A stretch of DNA of 64,000 nt from Chiloscyllium plagiosum (lineage: Eukaryota). Made by a program: the position numbers and the translations under genes. Where the stretch lies: positions 31,428,087 through 31,492,086 of the forward strand of contig NC_057737.1 in assembly GCF_004010195.1 (NCBI RefSeq), in the 5' to 3' direction. The notes beneath the pieces were generated by a model. That model had not been told where the DNA came from. It was given only the letters and a program-made list of their open reading frames with translations, and ran no database searches. Shown one piece after another: positions 38,862-52,536 of this stretch (positions are counted from its first letter, which is position 1; each line of letters begins with the position of its first letter).

Positions 38862-39638
38862 GAATCATAGAGATGTACAGTATGGAAACAGACCCTTCGG
38901 TCCAACCCGTCCATGCTGACCAGATATCCCAACTACATGACGTCCCAACTACTGTACTCAATACTCTGACCAATAAAAGAAAGTATACCAAACGCCGCCT
39001 TCACTATCCTATCTACCTGTGACTCCACTTTCAAGGAGCTATGAACCTGCACTCCAAGGTCTCTTTGTTCAGCAACACTCCCTAGGACCTTACCATTCAG
39101 TGTATAAATCCTGCTAAGATTTGCTTTCCCAAAATGCAGCACCTCGCATTTATCTGAATTAAACTCCATCTGCCACCTCTCAGCCCATTGGCCCATCTGG
39201 TCCTGTTGTAATCTGAGGTAACCTTCTTCGCTGTCCATCACACCTCCAATTTTGGTGTCATCTGCAAACTTACTAACTGTACCTCTCATGCTCTGAATTA
39301 AACTCCATCTGCCATTTCTCGGCCATTAGCCCCATCTGGTCAACATCCTGTGGTAATCTGAGGTAACCTTCTTTGCTGTCCACTACACCTCCAATTTTGG
39401 TGTCATCTGCAAACTTACTAACTGTACCTCTCATGCTCGCATCCAAATCATTTATGTAAATGGCAAAACGTAGAGGACCCAGCACCGATCCTGGCACTCC
39501 ACTGGTCACAGGCCTCCAGTCTGAAAAACAACCCTCCACCTCCACCCTCTGTCTTCTACCTTTGAACCAGTTCTGTATCCACATGGCTAGTTCTCCCTGT
39601 ATTCCGTGAGATCTAACCTTGCTAACCAATCTCCCATG
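38862..39638 (-). mobile_element. CR1 LINE fragment with an internal duplication of about 140 bp
   Basis: ORFs 38933..39289 and 39273..39629 both contain [16 protein letters not shown]...WQMEFNS. Confidence 0.85.
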
Positions 39639-40525
39639 ATCCTGAGTTTGAGAAGAAATATGTTTTCAACTGATTTAAGATTGTCATTTAGGGTTGAGGC
39701 GTAGCATGTGAATGGTCAGGTAACTAATTTTTGCAGATAGATCCGTATATACATTATTTCAAATTAAGACAGGCAGCGACCATTCTCTGGTTCATTCCTC
39801 GGAATCAAGCTGCCAAGTTTAAATCTACACGAGTTAGCCATTAACTGTTAGTCATCATCTAACTGGTGCAGATGTGTTAAAGAAGTTAGAAGAAAGGAAA
39901 TAACCAGAAGTAATTTTGTGAATATGAGAGTGTATTAGTAACACAAAAAAACTCAAGCTCGTAACAAGGAAATGAATCATAAACTGCAATTCATTTTCCT
40001 GTGTTCCTAGAAACCTGAAAAATAAGAGGAAAATAGAGGCCTTTAAATGTGATAACTAAGATTCCATAAACAGAATAAGACACAAGAAGAGGTACTTGAA
40101 ATTACATGCAAAAGGAATGCCAAGTGGGATCAATCTAGGTGTGCATGTCATGTCATAGTGGTCACAGCTCAACTGTGATGGCCCAAAAGATATCTGCCTC
40201 GAGTATGACAAACAAAACAGCAATCTCCTGGCAGGAGTAGTTACAAGCAGCAGTAGCACAACCTCAACCTCCTTTCCCACAGAGTACTTTAGAAGTGTAA
40301 TGCATGTTGGGTTTTAATATATGGAAACTGTCAACTAATTACAGAACAAGATCATCCAAAAGATGGTGAGATAAGGCATTAAAGAGCTAAATATTGGGTG
40401 AATGTTTCTGCTGTTGTTTGAAGTGTAAAAAAAAAGTAAGTAAAAGTTGTTTCAGCAATTATTTTTGAGCTATTTTGTGTGATATTACAAAATCTCTTTC
40501 AATTTAGTACAAGCAATTTCCAAAA

Positions 40526-40648
40526 ATGTCAGCAAGAACTGCCTCTGTCCATGCCAAATGGATAATAGGAAAAGTGATTGGGACAAAAATGAAGAAGACT
40601 GCCAAAGTCAGAATAACTAGACTTGTGCTGAATCCATATCTGTTAAAG
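40526..40648 (+). CDS. MRPS17: Mitochondrial ribosomal protein S17 (uS17m), first coding exon
   Basis: [41 protein letters not shown] vs human [41 protein letters not shown]; acceptor ends 40507, donor AAG|gtaaga. Confidence 0.96.
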
Positions 40649-41536
40649 GTAAGATGGATTGTTTTGAGATATATAAAATGTTTTGCAGATGGGAGAAAGG
40701 TGAGTAAAATTTATTCATTCTGAAGCCTTTTTTTATTGATTCATAATCTTGAACTCAGCTTTACCAACAAGATTGTGCTATGATTTAGGCATTATTTTTC
40801 CAAGTTAATTATTTCCAACACTTAGTGGTTCTAAAATCTGTGTATGAAGATTTTTTAGTTTGTAATCTGAACTTTATCATATACTGTTTGGATAAAAGAT
40901 TGAGAATTATATTAAATACTCCAGGCAGTATTTACCAAGATTTAACAGTTGGAATTTTATATATTTTGCACATACTTTTCACGTCACTAAATATTTCATT
41001 TTTGCTTTGTATCTTCTTATTATTATTTTGACTTTCCTAAACAATACAAATGGTCTTATTTGTCAAATGTTTTTAAATAGAAAAAATGTTTTGAATGTTC
41101 TCAATTCAATTTTGTGTTTACAGCCACTGTCTACATGCATGTTTGAAGTAATTTTAAGTCTTGTAGACATCAAGCTTTTACTAACTGTCTGTAATTTTAC
41201 AGAATAAAAGGCTACAAATTTCCCATCTACCATTTCCCATTTGGCAAATCTTGGACCATTCAATAGTAATAAAATAAAGTTGCTACCAGTAACAACGTGA
41301 ATGTCAAGCTCTCAGATAGCTGTTAAAAACCCAAATGGTTCATCAATGGCCCTTTAGGAAGAAACCAAGAATGGGCTAGTAAATGTCAGCCTTGCCAGTG
41401 GCAGCCCTGTGAAATTTTTAAAAATGTCCACACCTTTGCTAGTAAATACACCAGCCAGCAGATAGATCAACAGTTCTGAATACCACAGTCACCTCTTTTC
41501 TTAGAACCTCTGACAACATCCCTGTGTAAAACTTTA

Positions 41537-41868
41537 GGGCAGCATGGTGGCTCAGTGGTCAGCACTGCTGATTTACAGAGCCAGGAGTCAAGGTTGGATT
41601 ACACCCTTGTGCAACTGTCTGTGTGGAGTTTGCACGTTCTCCCTGTGTCTGCGTGGATTTCCACTAAGTGCTCTGCTTTCCTCCCACAGTCCAAAGATGT
41701 GCAGTTAAGTTGGATTGGCCATGCTAAATTGTTAGTAGTGTCCAAGGATGTGCAGACTAGGTGTATTTAGCCATGGGAAATGCAGGGTTACAGGGATAGG
41801 ATGGGTCTGGGTGGGTGTGGACTCGATAGGCTGAATCGCCTGCTTTCACAATGTAGGGATTCTGTGAT
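41537..41868 (+). mobile_element. tRNA-derived SINE (HE1/V-SINE-like)
   Basis: gggcagcatggtggctcagtgg head and conserved core. Confidence 0.82.
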
Positions 41869-41936
41869 AAACTCTTTAAAAGTAGCAAGTGTACTGTGTG
41901 TTTTTAATTGCATTTTTAATGTTCATTCTTCTACAG

Positions 41937-42242
41937 TTTTACAATAAAAGGAAGACCTATTTTGCTCATGATCCAAAAGAAGAGTGCACAGTGGGTGATA
42001 TCGTGCTTCTAAAGGCTTTGCCTGAACGAAGGACCAAGCATGTTAAACATGAACTGGCAGAAATTGTGTTCAAAGTTGGAAATATCATTGATCCAATCAC
42101 ACAGAAACGTTGTAGTGGAAGCAGAATACTTGAGACCATTAAAGACTCTGATTTAGATATGGGATCCCTCAGTGATCATATGAATAATTTAGAGATCAGT
42201 GGTGTGCAGAATAATTCAGAACATAAAACCTCTGCAAGTTGA
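41937..42242 (+). CDS. MRPS17: MRPS17 last coding exon (142-aa protein in total)
   Basis: ttcttctacag| acceptor; [48 protein letters not shown]...; TGA at 42240-42242. Confidence 0.96.
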   Translation, partial: FYNKRKTYFAHDPKEECTVGDIVLLKALPERRTKHVKHELAEIVFKVGNIIDPITQKRCSGSRILETIKDSDLDMGSLSDHMNNLEISGVQNNSEHKTSAS

Positions 42243-42247
42243 ACCAT

Positions 42248-42285
42248 AATAAAATATTTGTAAATTTGAATGTATATTTAATAAA
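42248..42285 (+). terminator. Candidate MRPS17 polyadenylation signals
   Basis: AATAAA at 42248-42253 and 42280-42285, followed by T-rich sequence. Confidence 0.6.
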
Positions 42286-42849
42286 TATTCGTACTGCAAA
42301 TGTTATTCAGAAACAAAAAAAGGTACGTTTTTTTATGCAAAAGAGGTGCATGATGATTTTCCCATCTTGCATTCATGTTTTTCTGCACTTTGGAAGTGAT
42401 TGGATTTTATGAAATCATAATAAATTCAAATGATTTCATATACTCAACATTCAAGCTTTGATTTTATTTCTGTTTTACACTCAATCATCAGATACCACTG
42501 CAAGGTTACAGGGATAGGGTAGGATGTTGGGTCTGGGTGGGAGGCTGTTCAGAGAGTCAGTGTAGACTTGATTGGCTGAAAGGCCTGTTTCTACGCTGTA
42601 AGGATTCTATGATCAGGCTGCTTTATAAATAGAATTCTGGGTGATTTTTCATTAAATTCTGAAAATCAGTCAAAATATACATGGTCGAATAACATTTTGG
42701 TTGCTACGCCATTTTAACCTTTTAGTGTAGAATGTGATGCAGGACTCCCAACGAACAGCTATTTATAATCTTTAATAATGAACTAATGCATGCATGATAA
42801 AGCTGCTTATAATAGGTTGGAATGAATGGGTGCAACAAGTTATTGAATG

Positions 42850-43600
42850 TCAAACATTACAGTGCAGTACATGCCTTAAGTCCTCGATGTTGCGCTGACC
42901 TGTGAAACTAATCTGAAGCCCATCTAACCTACACCATTCCATTATCATCCATATTTTATCCAATGACCATTTAAGTGCCCTCAAAGTTGGCGAGTCTACT
43001 ACTGTTGCAGTCAGGGCATTCCACCCCCTTTATACACTCTGAGTAAAGAACCTAGCTCTGACATCTGTCCAATATCTATCACCCCTCAATTTAAAGCTGT
43101 GTCCGCTCGTGCTAGCCATCACCATCCGTGGAAAAAGGCTCTACTGTCCACCCTATCTAATCCTCTGATCATCTTGTATGTCTCTATTAAGTGATCTCTT
43201 AACTTTCTTCTCTCTAACGAAAACAGCCTCAAGTCCCTCATAAGTTTCCTGATAAGACCTTCGCTCCATACCAGACAACATCCTAGCAAGTGCTCCGGGT
43301 GCTCCGGTTTCCTCCCACACTCCAAAGATGTGCAGGTTAGGTGAATTGGCCACGCTAAATTGCCCGTAGTGTTAGCCCTTCCTGCTGAAGGGCTTATGCC
43401 TGAAATGTCGAGTCCCCTGCTCCTTGGATGCTGCCTGACCTGCTGTTCTTTTCTAGCAACATACTCTCAACATACTGTTAGGTGCATTAGTCAGGGGTAA
43501 ATATAGGGTAGGGAAATGGATCTGGGTGGGTTACTCTTCAGAGGGTTGGTGTGGACTGTTTGGGCAGAAGGGTCTGTTTCCACAGAATCTAATCATAACC
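42850..43600. mobile_element. CR1 3' fragment (minus) joined to a SINE (plus) that contains a short Penelope-derived insert (about 43375-43470)
   Basis: LRLFSLERRKLRDHLIETYKMIRGLDRVD on minus; SINE core on plus; cctgctgaagggcttatgcctgaaatgtcg degenerate hammerhead. Confidence 0.7.
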
Positions 43601-44059
43601 TGCCCATTCTAGCTGAATTTCCCTCCAATATATTTGCATCCCTTCTCTAAATGATGTGACAAATATTATACACAGTGCTCTAAGACTGGGTCTGACCAGT
43701 GCCCTGTATAACTATAACATTGCACCCCTACTTCTGTAATAGTCTATTGGCGAATATATTACACACACCCAACAACCACAAGCACTGCCCCCCCCCCCTA
43801 CCCCCCCACCATGGCCTTGTTGGGCCGAAGGGCCTGTTTCCACACTGTAAAGTAATCTAATCTAATCTAAAAAAAAAAGTCTCCTCTGCACCATTTCCAA
43901 TTTATTGGAAAGCCAAAGGCCTGTAGAACACTGTAATGTTCTACATTCTATAACTTGTTTCACCCATTCATTCCAACCCATCATAAGCAGCTTTATTATG
44001 CAAGCATTAGTTCATTATTAAATGTTATAAATAGTTGTTTGTTGGGAGTTCTGTATCAC

Positions 44060-45105
44060 ATTCGACACCAGAACTGTACACAGTACTCCAAGTGGGGCCA
44101 CACCAGAGCTTTGTACAGCTGCAGCATGACTTTATAGCCCTGACACTCAGTCCCTCTACCAATAAAAGTTAATATACCATATGCCTTCTTAGCAACCCGA
44201 TCAACCAGGGTAGTAACTTTCAGGGATCCATGCACATGGACGCTGAGATCTCTCTGCTCATCTTCATGACCAAGAATCTTACCATTAGCCCAGTACTCTG
44301 TATTCCTGTTACTCTTTTCAAAGTGAATCACCTTACATTTTTTCCACATTAAACTCCATTTTCTACCTCTCAGCCTAGCTATGCAATTTATCTATGTCCC
44401 TCTGTAACCTGCAACATCTTTTTGCACTATCCACAACTCTTCTGACTTTAGTGTAATCCACAAATTTACAAACCCATCCTTCTATGCCCTCATCCAGGTC
44501 ATTTATAAAAATGACAAACAGCAGTGGCCCCAAAACAGATCCTTGCAGTACACTGAACTCCAGGATGAACATTTCCTATCAACCACCACCCTTTGTCTTC
44601 TTTCAGCTAGCCAATTTCTGATCCAAACCACTAAATCACCCTCAATCCCATGCCTCAATATTTTCTGCAATAGCTTAATGTGGGGAACCTTATCAAATGC
44701 TTTACTGAAATCCATACACACCACATCAACCGCCTTACCCTCATCCACCTGTTAGGTCACCTCCTCAAAGAACTCAATAAGGTTTGTGAGGCACAGCCTA
44801 CCCTTCACAAAACCACATTGACTATCCCTAATCAAATTATTCCTTTCTAGATGATTATGAACCCTAACTCTTATAATCCTTTCCAACACTGTACCCACAA
44901 CTGCAGTGATGCTCAGTGGTCTATAATTACAAGGGTTGCCTCTACTCCCCTTCCTGAACAAGGGGACAACATTTGCTATCCTCCAGTCTTATGGCACTAT
45001 TCCTATAGTCAATGATGGAATAAAGATCAAAGCCAAAGGCTCTGCAATCTCCTCCCTAGCTTGCCAGAGAATAATAGGATAAATCCCATCCAGCTCAGGG
45101 GACTT
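44060..45105 (-). mobile_element. CR1 LINE RT fragment
   Basis: [65 protein letters not shown] in broken frames. Confidence 0.9.
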
Positions 45106-45654
45106 AATCAAACTATAACCTCTCATTCTCAAGCTGAAAAATCCTGGCAACATACAGTAGACTCATCAGCACATAAAGACAGACAGGTTATGCTTTTGAA
45201 TAAAGAGTTTGTAAACTCAACTATGTTAAGCAGAGTATTATTTTCAGTGTGAACATGAGTCAATATACTGTTAATACAAACATTAATTTAGAAAATGAGT
45301 CAATGTGTTCAATTGACATCAGCAACAAAGGAAAAATCAAACTTAAACAATAAGCTCTCTCTGCCCCTTGCCTGCTCTAGTTTTACATTTGACAACATTG
45401 AACCAAAAAAAATGACTTGGTAGCCCTGTAGTGACATTTGGTGCTCAAAGGAAAAGCAACCAGGCCTGAGTTTTTGTGTGGTTTGAATTTTGAGTACAGG
45501 CAGGACAATCGCTGCTTCGGGCATAAATCTTAATTCAGAGAACCGAGATCAAATATCAGCAATTTATAATGCGTGCTAAATTAATTGTAAGACTTTTTAA
45601 ATGTGACATCACATAGTGATGAGTATGAATCCATGACCAAGGCTTGGGAGGAGG

Positions 45655-45732
45655 AGAGGGGCGGGTGCTGGTAGCGCATGCGCACGTCATTCGGCGCCGG
45701 GGTGAATGTCACCTCCACAGCAAGATGGCGGC
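45655..45732 (+). promoter_or_regulatory. NIPSNAP2: NIPSNAP2 promoter
   Basis: GC box GGGGCGGG, NRF1 GCGCATGCGCA (45674-45684), CRE half-site ACGTCA, YY1-like CAAGATGGCGGC overlapping the start codon. Confidence 0.75.
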
Positions 45733-45846
45733 CAGAGTTCTCATCAACACAGGGGCCGGTGTGAGCAGGGCCACAGTCCGGGTACAGGGCGAAGGCCGGC
45801 CCTTGGCAACTACTGTTGCTAATACCAGCACTGCAACAATCACCAG
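45725..45846 (+). CDS. NIPSNAP2: NIPSNAP2 (GBAS) exon 1, mitochondrial presequence region
   Basis: AAGATGG Kozak; MAARVL as in human NIPSNAP2; donor CAG|gtcagt gives phase 2, matching exon 2. Confidence 0.88.
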
Positions 45847-46857
45847 GTCAGTGCACGTTAAGCCTCGCCTCTTCCAAATTCGCTTGAGCTCCAGTGTTAC
45901 TAGAGGTCGGCTGAGGCAAACTGAGGTAAAGTTTATCCCAGGTCGGCCCTTCCCTTGCCTCTCTACCACACAAAAGTCAGGTGTTACTATATATTTTTTT
46001 AAGAATAATTTTAATTATTTCCGAACGCAGTTGACAGCATTACAGTTAACTCACTGCTTAGTTTCGCAAGCATCTAAATAAACAACTGGTAATGAGCTGC
46101 AGATATTTTAATTCCTCAACTCGGAAGTTTGTTTTGGAGACTCGCATTTGCGCTTTTGCATTTTGTCAAGGTCATTTGTCTTTTTGACTGTACGTGGTAA
46201 TTAAAACTATGTTGCCAGGGTTCTGTTCGTATTGCCATTTTGTTAAAAGTAGGATAAAATTAATGGTTTATTATACAAATTGTTTCCCGAAAAATATTTA
46301 ATCATGTCTAAATTTCTTCATTCCGAGCAATTAAAAAGATATTCTTTTGGAGTGTATGGCACACAGAAAGGCATTGGTGTGTTGGTATATGAACAAAATA
46401 AAGCAATGATTAACATTGCACTTTAGGTCGCAATCTCCCACAACAATTTTTTTGTATGATTTCACAACTAAATTACAATAGCTTTCACTTCGTGGCTACA
46501 ATATAAAATAATGTAACAGTCTTGTTTGATTGTTCTAATAGGTACTTGTGGATTTGTGTTTTGACATTTTAACAAGAATGTGGAAGATTAGCAAGGATTA
46601 CACTGGAATAGTCAAATTTGAAAATAACAAAGTATACATACATAAGGCTTTCAGTACTAAATGCAAGGGCACATTCAAATTGAAATAGGCAGTTTTCGTC
46701 ATGGTGTGAATATGTTGAAAAACTCATCTTGATTGATGTCAACTCTGAAATTGGTGTGGAGTGGTTTGATTTAGTTTCAAACAGTTGTTAGGTAGAAGAA
46801 TGGAGTTATTAGCTAGGGATAGATGTAGCAGGGCTGATGCTACCTACAATGGCTTCA

Positions 46858-47654
46858 GTGGTCCAGGACATTCAGCCTCGGACCTTCGGGTGACCATCCT
46901 CCAAGGTGGACTTCGGGACAGGCAGCAGAGGAAAGTGGCCAAGCAGAGGCTGATAGCTAAGTTCGGTACCCATAGGGAGGGCCTCAACCGGGACCTTGGG
47001 TTCATGTCACATTACAGGTGATCACCATTGCACTACACACACACACACAGNNNNNNNNNNNNNNNNNNNNNNNNNNNNNNNNNNNNNNNNNNNNNNNNNN
47101 NNNNNNNNNNNNNNNNNNNNNNNNNNNNNNNNNNNNNNNNNNNNNCAGAGTTGCATTGCACTTTGCTCAAAAACCACATAGATTCATGTCGAACTCTGGG
47201 CTCAAAAACTGCATGAATTTATGTAATACTCTGTTATCTCACTTTTTAGATTATAATCAATCTAAACATCAGGTCATAGACAGAGAATACAGGGGGCTAA
47301 CACCTTTAACACATTGTCTAGCTATCACCATAGTTAACAGCTAACTCAAGAATTCAACTTTAAAAAAAAGGGTTTTGTGATTTACACATGAAAGAAGTGA
47401 AACTATCACTGTATTCTAACAGATGAAAGGCTTAACAGACAATCAATTCTTCAATGTATAATTTCAGTTACATCACACTGCAAATTTTTGCTATAAATTC
47501 TGTGTTACGATCAAGCCCTCCACAATCACCTGATGAAGGAGCGTCGCTCCGAAAGCTAGTGTGCTTCCAATTAAACCTGTTGGACTATAACCTGGTGTTG
47601 TGTGATTTTTAACTTTGTACACCCCAGTCCAACACCGGCATCTCCGAATCATGA
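46858..47654 (+). mobile_element. 5'-truncated Penelope-like element (spans a gap)
   Basis: GPGHSASDLRVTILQGGLRDRQQRKVAKQRLIAKFGTHREGLNRD GIY-YIG C-terminus; 14-bp TSD CTACAATGGCTTCA at 46844-46857 and 47655-47668. Confidence 0.88.
47527..47561 (+). ncRNA. Minimal type I hammerhead ribozyme motif in PLE terminal repeat
   Basis: CAC-CTGATGA-A-GGAGC GTC GCTCC-GAAA-GC-TA^-GTG: intact core, 5-bp stem II, palindromic AGCT stem III, 3-bp stem I. Confidence 0.75.
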
Positions 47655-48209
47655 CTACAATGGCTTCAATCTTCCCAATGCTTAAATCAAACAAATTTCT
47701 GTTTATTTGATACTGGATATTAGCTGAGCAGTTTGATCAGTTAGTAGCAATGGAGAAGTTGAGAAAAGTGCTGGTGCATTAGAACAGTATATCATTGGTG
47801 TACATGTGAGAACAATGTTTTGCTTTTGACATTACTGAGGAACGGTTTGTCAAAAGAGAAAGACATATGTCAAGGATAGATCTTTGAAAAGCAACAGAGG
47901 AAATGGGAAGCAAAACTATTGCAAATGATACTTAGTCTGTGATTAAAATAGATGGAAATTGAGCCAAACAAGCGCAGGCAGACACATGCGTAATGGATAA
48001 GGTATCGGACTTCGTTGCTAATCAGGGTGCTATCAGAAGATTGCAGGTCTGTAACTTGCCGTGATTTTTGAAGGTTCATCCAGACAAATGACAGTGAAGA
48101 GGCATTGAAGAGAATATGATCAACCATATCAACAGCTTCAGATAGGCTACAAAGGATCTAATGAATGATTTATCTTTGACATTTTCTGTTACTGAGATTT
48201 TTTTAAAAA

Positions 48210-48520
48210 ATAGATTCCCTACAGTATGGAAACAGGCCCTTCAGCCTAACCAGTCCACACCGACTCTCTGAAGAGCAACCCCCCTCCCCCCCCGACCCAT
48301 TTCCGTCTGACTAATGCACTTAACACTATGGGCAATTTAGCATGGTTAATTTACCTGACCTGCACATCTTTGGACTGTGGGAGGAAACCGGAACACCCTG
48401 AGGAAACCCACACAGACACGAGGAGAATGTACAAACTCCACACAGACAGTCGCCTGAGGCTGGAATTGAACCTGGGACCCTGGTGCTGTGAGGCAGCAGT
48501 GCTAACTACTGAGCCATCGT
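48210..48520 (-). mobile_element. tRNA-derived SINE (HE1/V-SINE-like)
   Basis: Reverse complement of the SINE seen at 12435. Confidence 0.85.
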
Positions 48521-51382
48521 GCGAGATATTTGGTGTCTGCCATTTTGGGACTCTAACAAGAATTCAAAAATCTGAGAGGTAAGTTTGAATCTGGGAGACA
48601 CCACCACATGCAAGGACTTTAGAGAGGAAAGGAAGATTGGCAAGAAGACTAACGTTTGCCGGAGCATGGGATCAGAAGTTCTTGAAGAAAAGAGAACAGC
48701 ACCTGAAGAGGAAACCATTAATGTCAGCTAATGTAGGGATGATAAAGGATGATGATTTCGACAAACACAATTGAAGATGGTCAACCCTGTTATTGTGCCA
48801 CCAAGAGATGAAGAAAGCAAGCTTGATGTGAATTACAGCCATCGTAAACTTCTCTGATAAAACTGTGATTTAATATTGATTTTGCACTATAATGAGGCTT
48901 AGATTATTTTTCAAGGATAGGGCAAAATAAGTTATTTTCTCATAGGACAAATGAATCAAAAAGAATTGATGCTTTATGTTCAAAAGGGAGAGAAGCTCGT
49001 AGAGAATTGATGTCTAACTGTTTTCCAGTGGCCCCTGCCATTCCACAATACAAAAAAAACTTGTCAGGTGCACAACTGCTTTAACTGTTTTTTGCTTGAT
49101 TGGTTTTGACCATGTACCTGCGTAAGTGGCATGGTCCTCTAATAGGACTGTCAGCTATCAAGAGCTAGCATTAGTTGTAAAATTAGCACAAGTCTTTTTC
49201 TGTGGCTCTGCCACCCTACCACAGTAGAACTACCTGTACTTCATTTTTGAAGAAAAACACAGAATAACACTGGGTATAGATGCTCGGCACCACATCCACT
49301 ACCTTAAAATCTCACTTCTTCGAGCACTAGCTCACCGTCTTGGCAATGTATACCACCTACAAGATGCATTGCAATAACCCATCAAGACTACTTCAACAAC
49401 ACCTTCCAAAGCTCTAAACTGTTTCTACAAGAAGAACCAGCACTGACTGCACATTCCTCTTGAAGTCGCACATTATCCTGACTTTGAAATATATCCTCAT
49501 TCCTTCCTCAGTCAAAATTTTGAAATTCTACAGAATGGCACTATCAGGCTACTTTCATGATACAGAATTCAGAAAGTAGCTCAAAACATCCTCCTTGGAG
49601 CTGTTGGGAATGAACATAAATGCTGACCTTACCAGAGACTTCTACATCTCATGAATTATTTATTTTTAAAAAACTAAGCATACCACTGATCAGTTTTGGC
49701 ACAGTGTTAGTGTCCCTACCAGTGACTCAACATCTGACTTACATTCCTGGCAGGCAGGACTTTATGTTTTAATAATCAGTCATGACTGTTTGATTAAAAT
49801 AATTTGGGTAAATGAGGTGGTGGAGTAGCTCCAGAGGTTAACCTTCTGAGGGCATGGGTTCAAATCCCTCCATGGTAGGTGGTGTAATTCAATTAATGCA
49901 CCTGAAATTGTGGCCAGATAGTAAAAATGATGAACTTGAAGTCCATTGTGGTTCAAATTCTGCTGACTGCTCTGCAACAGGGTTTTGTAGCAGAGTGATT
50001 GTGCCACTACATCGCTAGGAGAGGCGATGGTCTAGTAGTATTATTGTTAGACTATTAATCTGGCAAATCCTGGTAATGTTCACAAATGTCCTTGAGGGAA
50101 GGAAACTGCCATCCTTATCTGGTCTGACTGACATGTGACTCCAGATCCACAGCAAAGTGATTGACTCTCAAATGCCCTCTAGGCAATTAGATATGGACAA
50201 TGAATGCTGATCTAAGCCAGTGACGCCCACATCTGTGAGTGTTCAACTCTCACCTGCCACAGAGGTGTGCCTTAACATATCTAAATAGGTTGATTTAAAT
50301 AAAAAATACGCATACATAATCTCTTGTTTTCGTAACTTGCGCTAAAATGCATTTATTTGCATTTCGTCAATACTTTCCATGACTACAGGACATCCTAAAG
50401 TATGTTACAGCTTATGAAGTACTTTTGCAGTGTAGTCAATGTTCTAATTGTTACACGAGATCTCAAACAAAAATGAGATAAATAACTAGGCAATCTATTT
50501 GTGATGATTTAGGCAATGAATGTTAATACATAAGATAGACAGACCTTTCTGGGTTTTCCAGTAAGTATTTTAGAACCTCTATACTTTTATGATACTGTAT
50601 TTTTATCATTACAAAATGTGTATACATTTTTTGTTTATTTGTATAATAGATGTTTGTTTATATAAATACAATATTTTATTTCAACATGCACCTGTAAAGC
50701 ACTTTGAGATGTTTTGCTATGTTTGAAGTACTAAATATATATTTATTGAAACGGCTTATGAATTAGACATTTGAACTTTGAGTTCTTAAGTGAAAATGTG
50801 TACGAAATTTCTTTCAAAAAGCATTTTTAAGTGACCATCAATTTATAATAAACCATATTTTGAAAATGTTAATCTATTCCCCACCATAAGTTTTATCATA
50901 TTAAAGTATTATTCTTCCATTACTAAGATTTAAATAAGAAAAATGTGGGAAGATACACCAAATTTTGTTAATGTATTTAATTATTTGACAGTTCTCTGGC
51001 CTTGTTCTCAGTGAGAGTTCTCATAGCTAGATTCCTTACCCTCCTTTGTCCAGTTGTTGTATATATTTTATACATTAATATATTTTCAAAAGGTTGGGCT
51101 TACCAAAGCTTTATAATTTGGGAATTCTGTTTTGTGGGTATCATGTGTAATTCTTCCATTTTTATTCATACTGATCTTTTCCCTTTCTGTACAATTCTGT
51201 AGCCGCCTTTAAGCATTTCTAAACATGACCTGATAATCTGTCATAGCAAAATACTGCCGATGCTGGAAGTTTTGAAGTAGAACAAACATTGCTGAAATCT
51301 CACAGATCTGCTAAATGCCTCCAATAGTTTTTATTTTTACATGCTCATCTCCTATGTTTTATTTCTTATAATAACAGCAGCG

Positions 51383-51692
51383 TTAGATTAGGTTAGATTA
51401 CTTAGTGTGGAAACAAGCCCTTCGGCCCAACTAGTCCACACCGACCCTCCGAAGAGCAACCCACCCAGACACATTCCTCTACATTTACCCCTTCACCTAA
51501 CACTACGGGCAATTTAGCATGGCCAATTCACCTAACCTGCATATTTTTTTTGGACTGTGGGAGGAAACCAGAGGACACCCACGCAGACACAGAGAATGTG
51601 CAAACTCCACACAGACAGCCTGAAGCAGAAATTGAACCCGGGTCTCTGGCACTGTGAGGCAGCAGTGCTAACCACTGTGCCACCATGCCGCC
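51383..51692 (-). mobile_element. tRNA-derived SINE (HE1/V-SINE-like), full length
   Basis: Minus strand GGGCGGCATGGTGGCACAGTGGTTAGCACTG head through (aatct)n tail. Confidence 0.88.
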
Positions 51693-51881
51693 CAGCTCAG
51701 TATCTTTACCCTTATTCCCTAAGATATGCCTTGCTAAAGTTGATTTTTTTTTTCTCTCTCTCTGCAATGTTCATTCTCTTTATCCACCAAAACCTAACCT
51801 TAAAAGCCACCAGGATTGTGTTACCTTGTACAATGTTACCTGACTGGCTCAACTATTCTAAATATTCATGTTTCTGTGCAG

Positions 51882-52021
51882 GGCGTTATCTGCGACTTCT
51901 TACAACAACAGGGAGGATAGCTGGTTTAAATCACTGTTTGTTAGGAAGGTGGATCCACGCAAAGATGCTCATTCAAACCTGCTAGCTAAAAAGGAAACCA
52001 GCAGCCTGTACAAAATTCAGT
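51882..52021 (+). CDS. NIPSNAP2: NIPSNAP2 exon 2 ([48 protein letters not shown])
   Basis: tgtgcag| acceptor, |gtaagt donor, 140 nt; REDSW signature as in NIPSNAP2. Confidence 0.96.
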
Positions 52022-52109
52022 GTAAGTATTTGGAGTGCTTTTTAAAACTGAAAAGGAATGTATTATTTTCAAATTGTTTCTATGTATAATTTTAAAACTT
52101 TCTTTTCAG

Positions 52110-52155
52110 TTCACAATGTAAAGCCAGAATGCCTGGAGACTTACAACAAACTTTG
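52110..52155 (+). CDS. NIPSNAP2: NIPSNAP2 exon 3 (F-HNVKPECLETYNKL-C)
   Basis: ttttcag| acceptor, |gtaaga donor, 46 nt, after an 88-nt intron; phases consistent. Confidence 0.96.
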
Positions 52156-52536
52156 GTAAGATTAAAACAAAAAGTCTTATTCAGTTTTTTTTTAGCTTAA
52201 GAAAACTAAACTATTATTCATTTCAGGTTTCTCCCATTATTAAAAAAATTGTTTCACCAGATGCCATATTAGTCTATACAGTAAATTGAGTAATACAGCT
52301 CATAATACACTTTTAAAACTCCTTAAATGAAACTCAGGCCCATTCCTTCTCTCTTTTCTCTAGCAACGATCTTGGTTTGCTTTGTTGTTACTGTAGCTAT
52401 AAAAAGGAACAATATTTCTCCTCTAGGAAAATGGTTTAGTAAGCTTATTGCAATTGTTGAATGTGAAAGACTCTACCTTTAGACTACTCTGTTTAAGCTT
52501 AACTGTCTCTTTCTGAGAATTAAATAAGTTTGGTGC

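Noticed and set aside
39152-39437. Internal 140-bp duplication in a CR1 as a functional repeat
   Set aside because: Diverged copies inside a dead retroelement; explained by template switching or merging of two copies during assembly.
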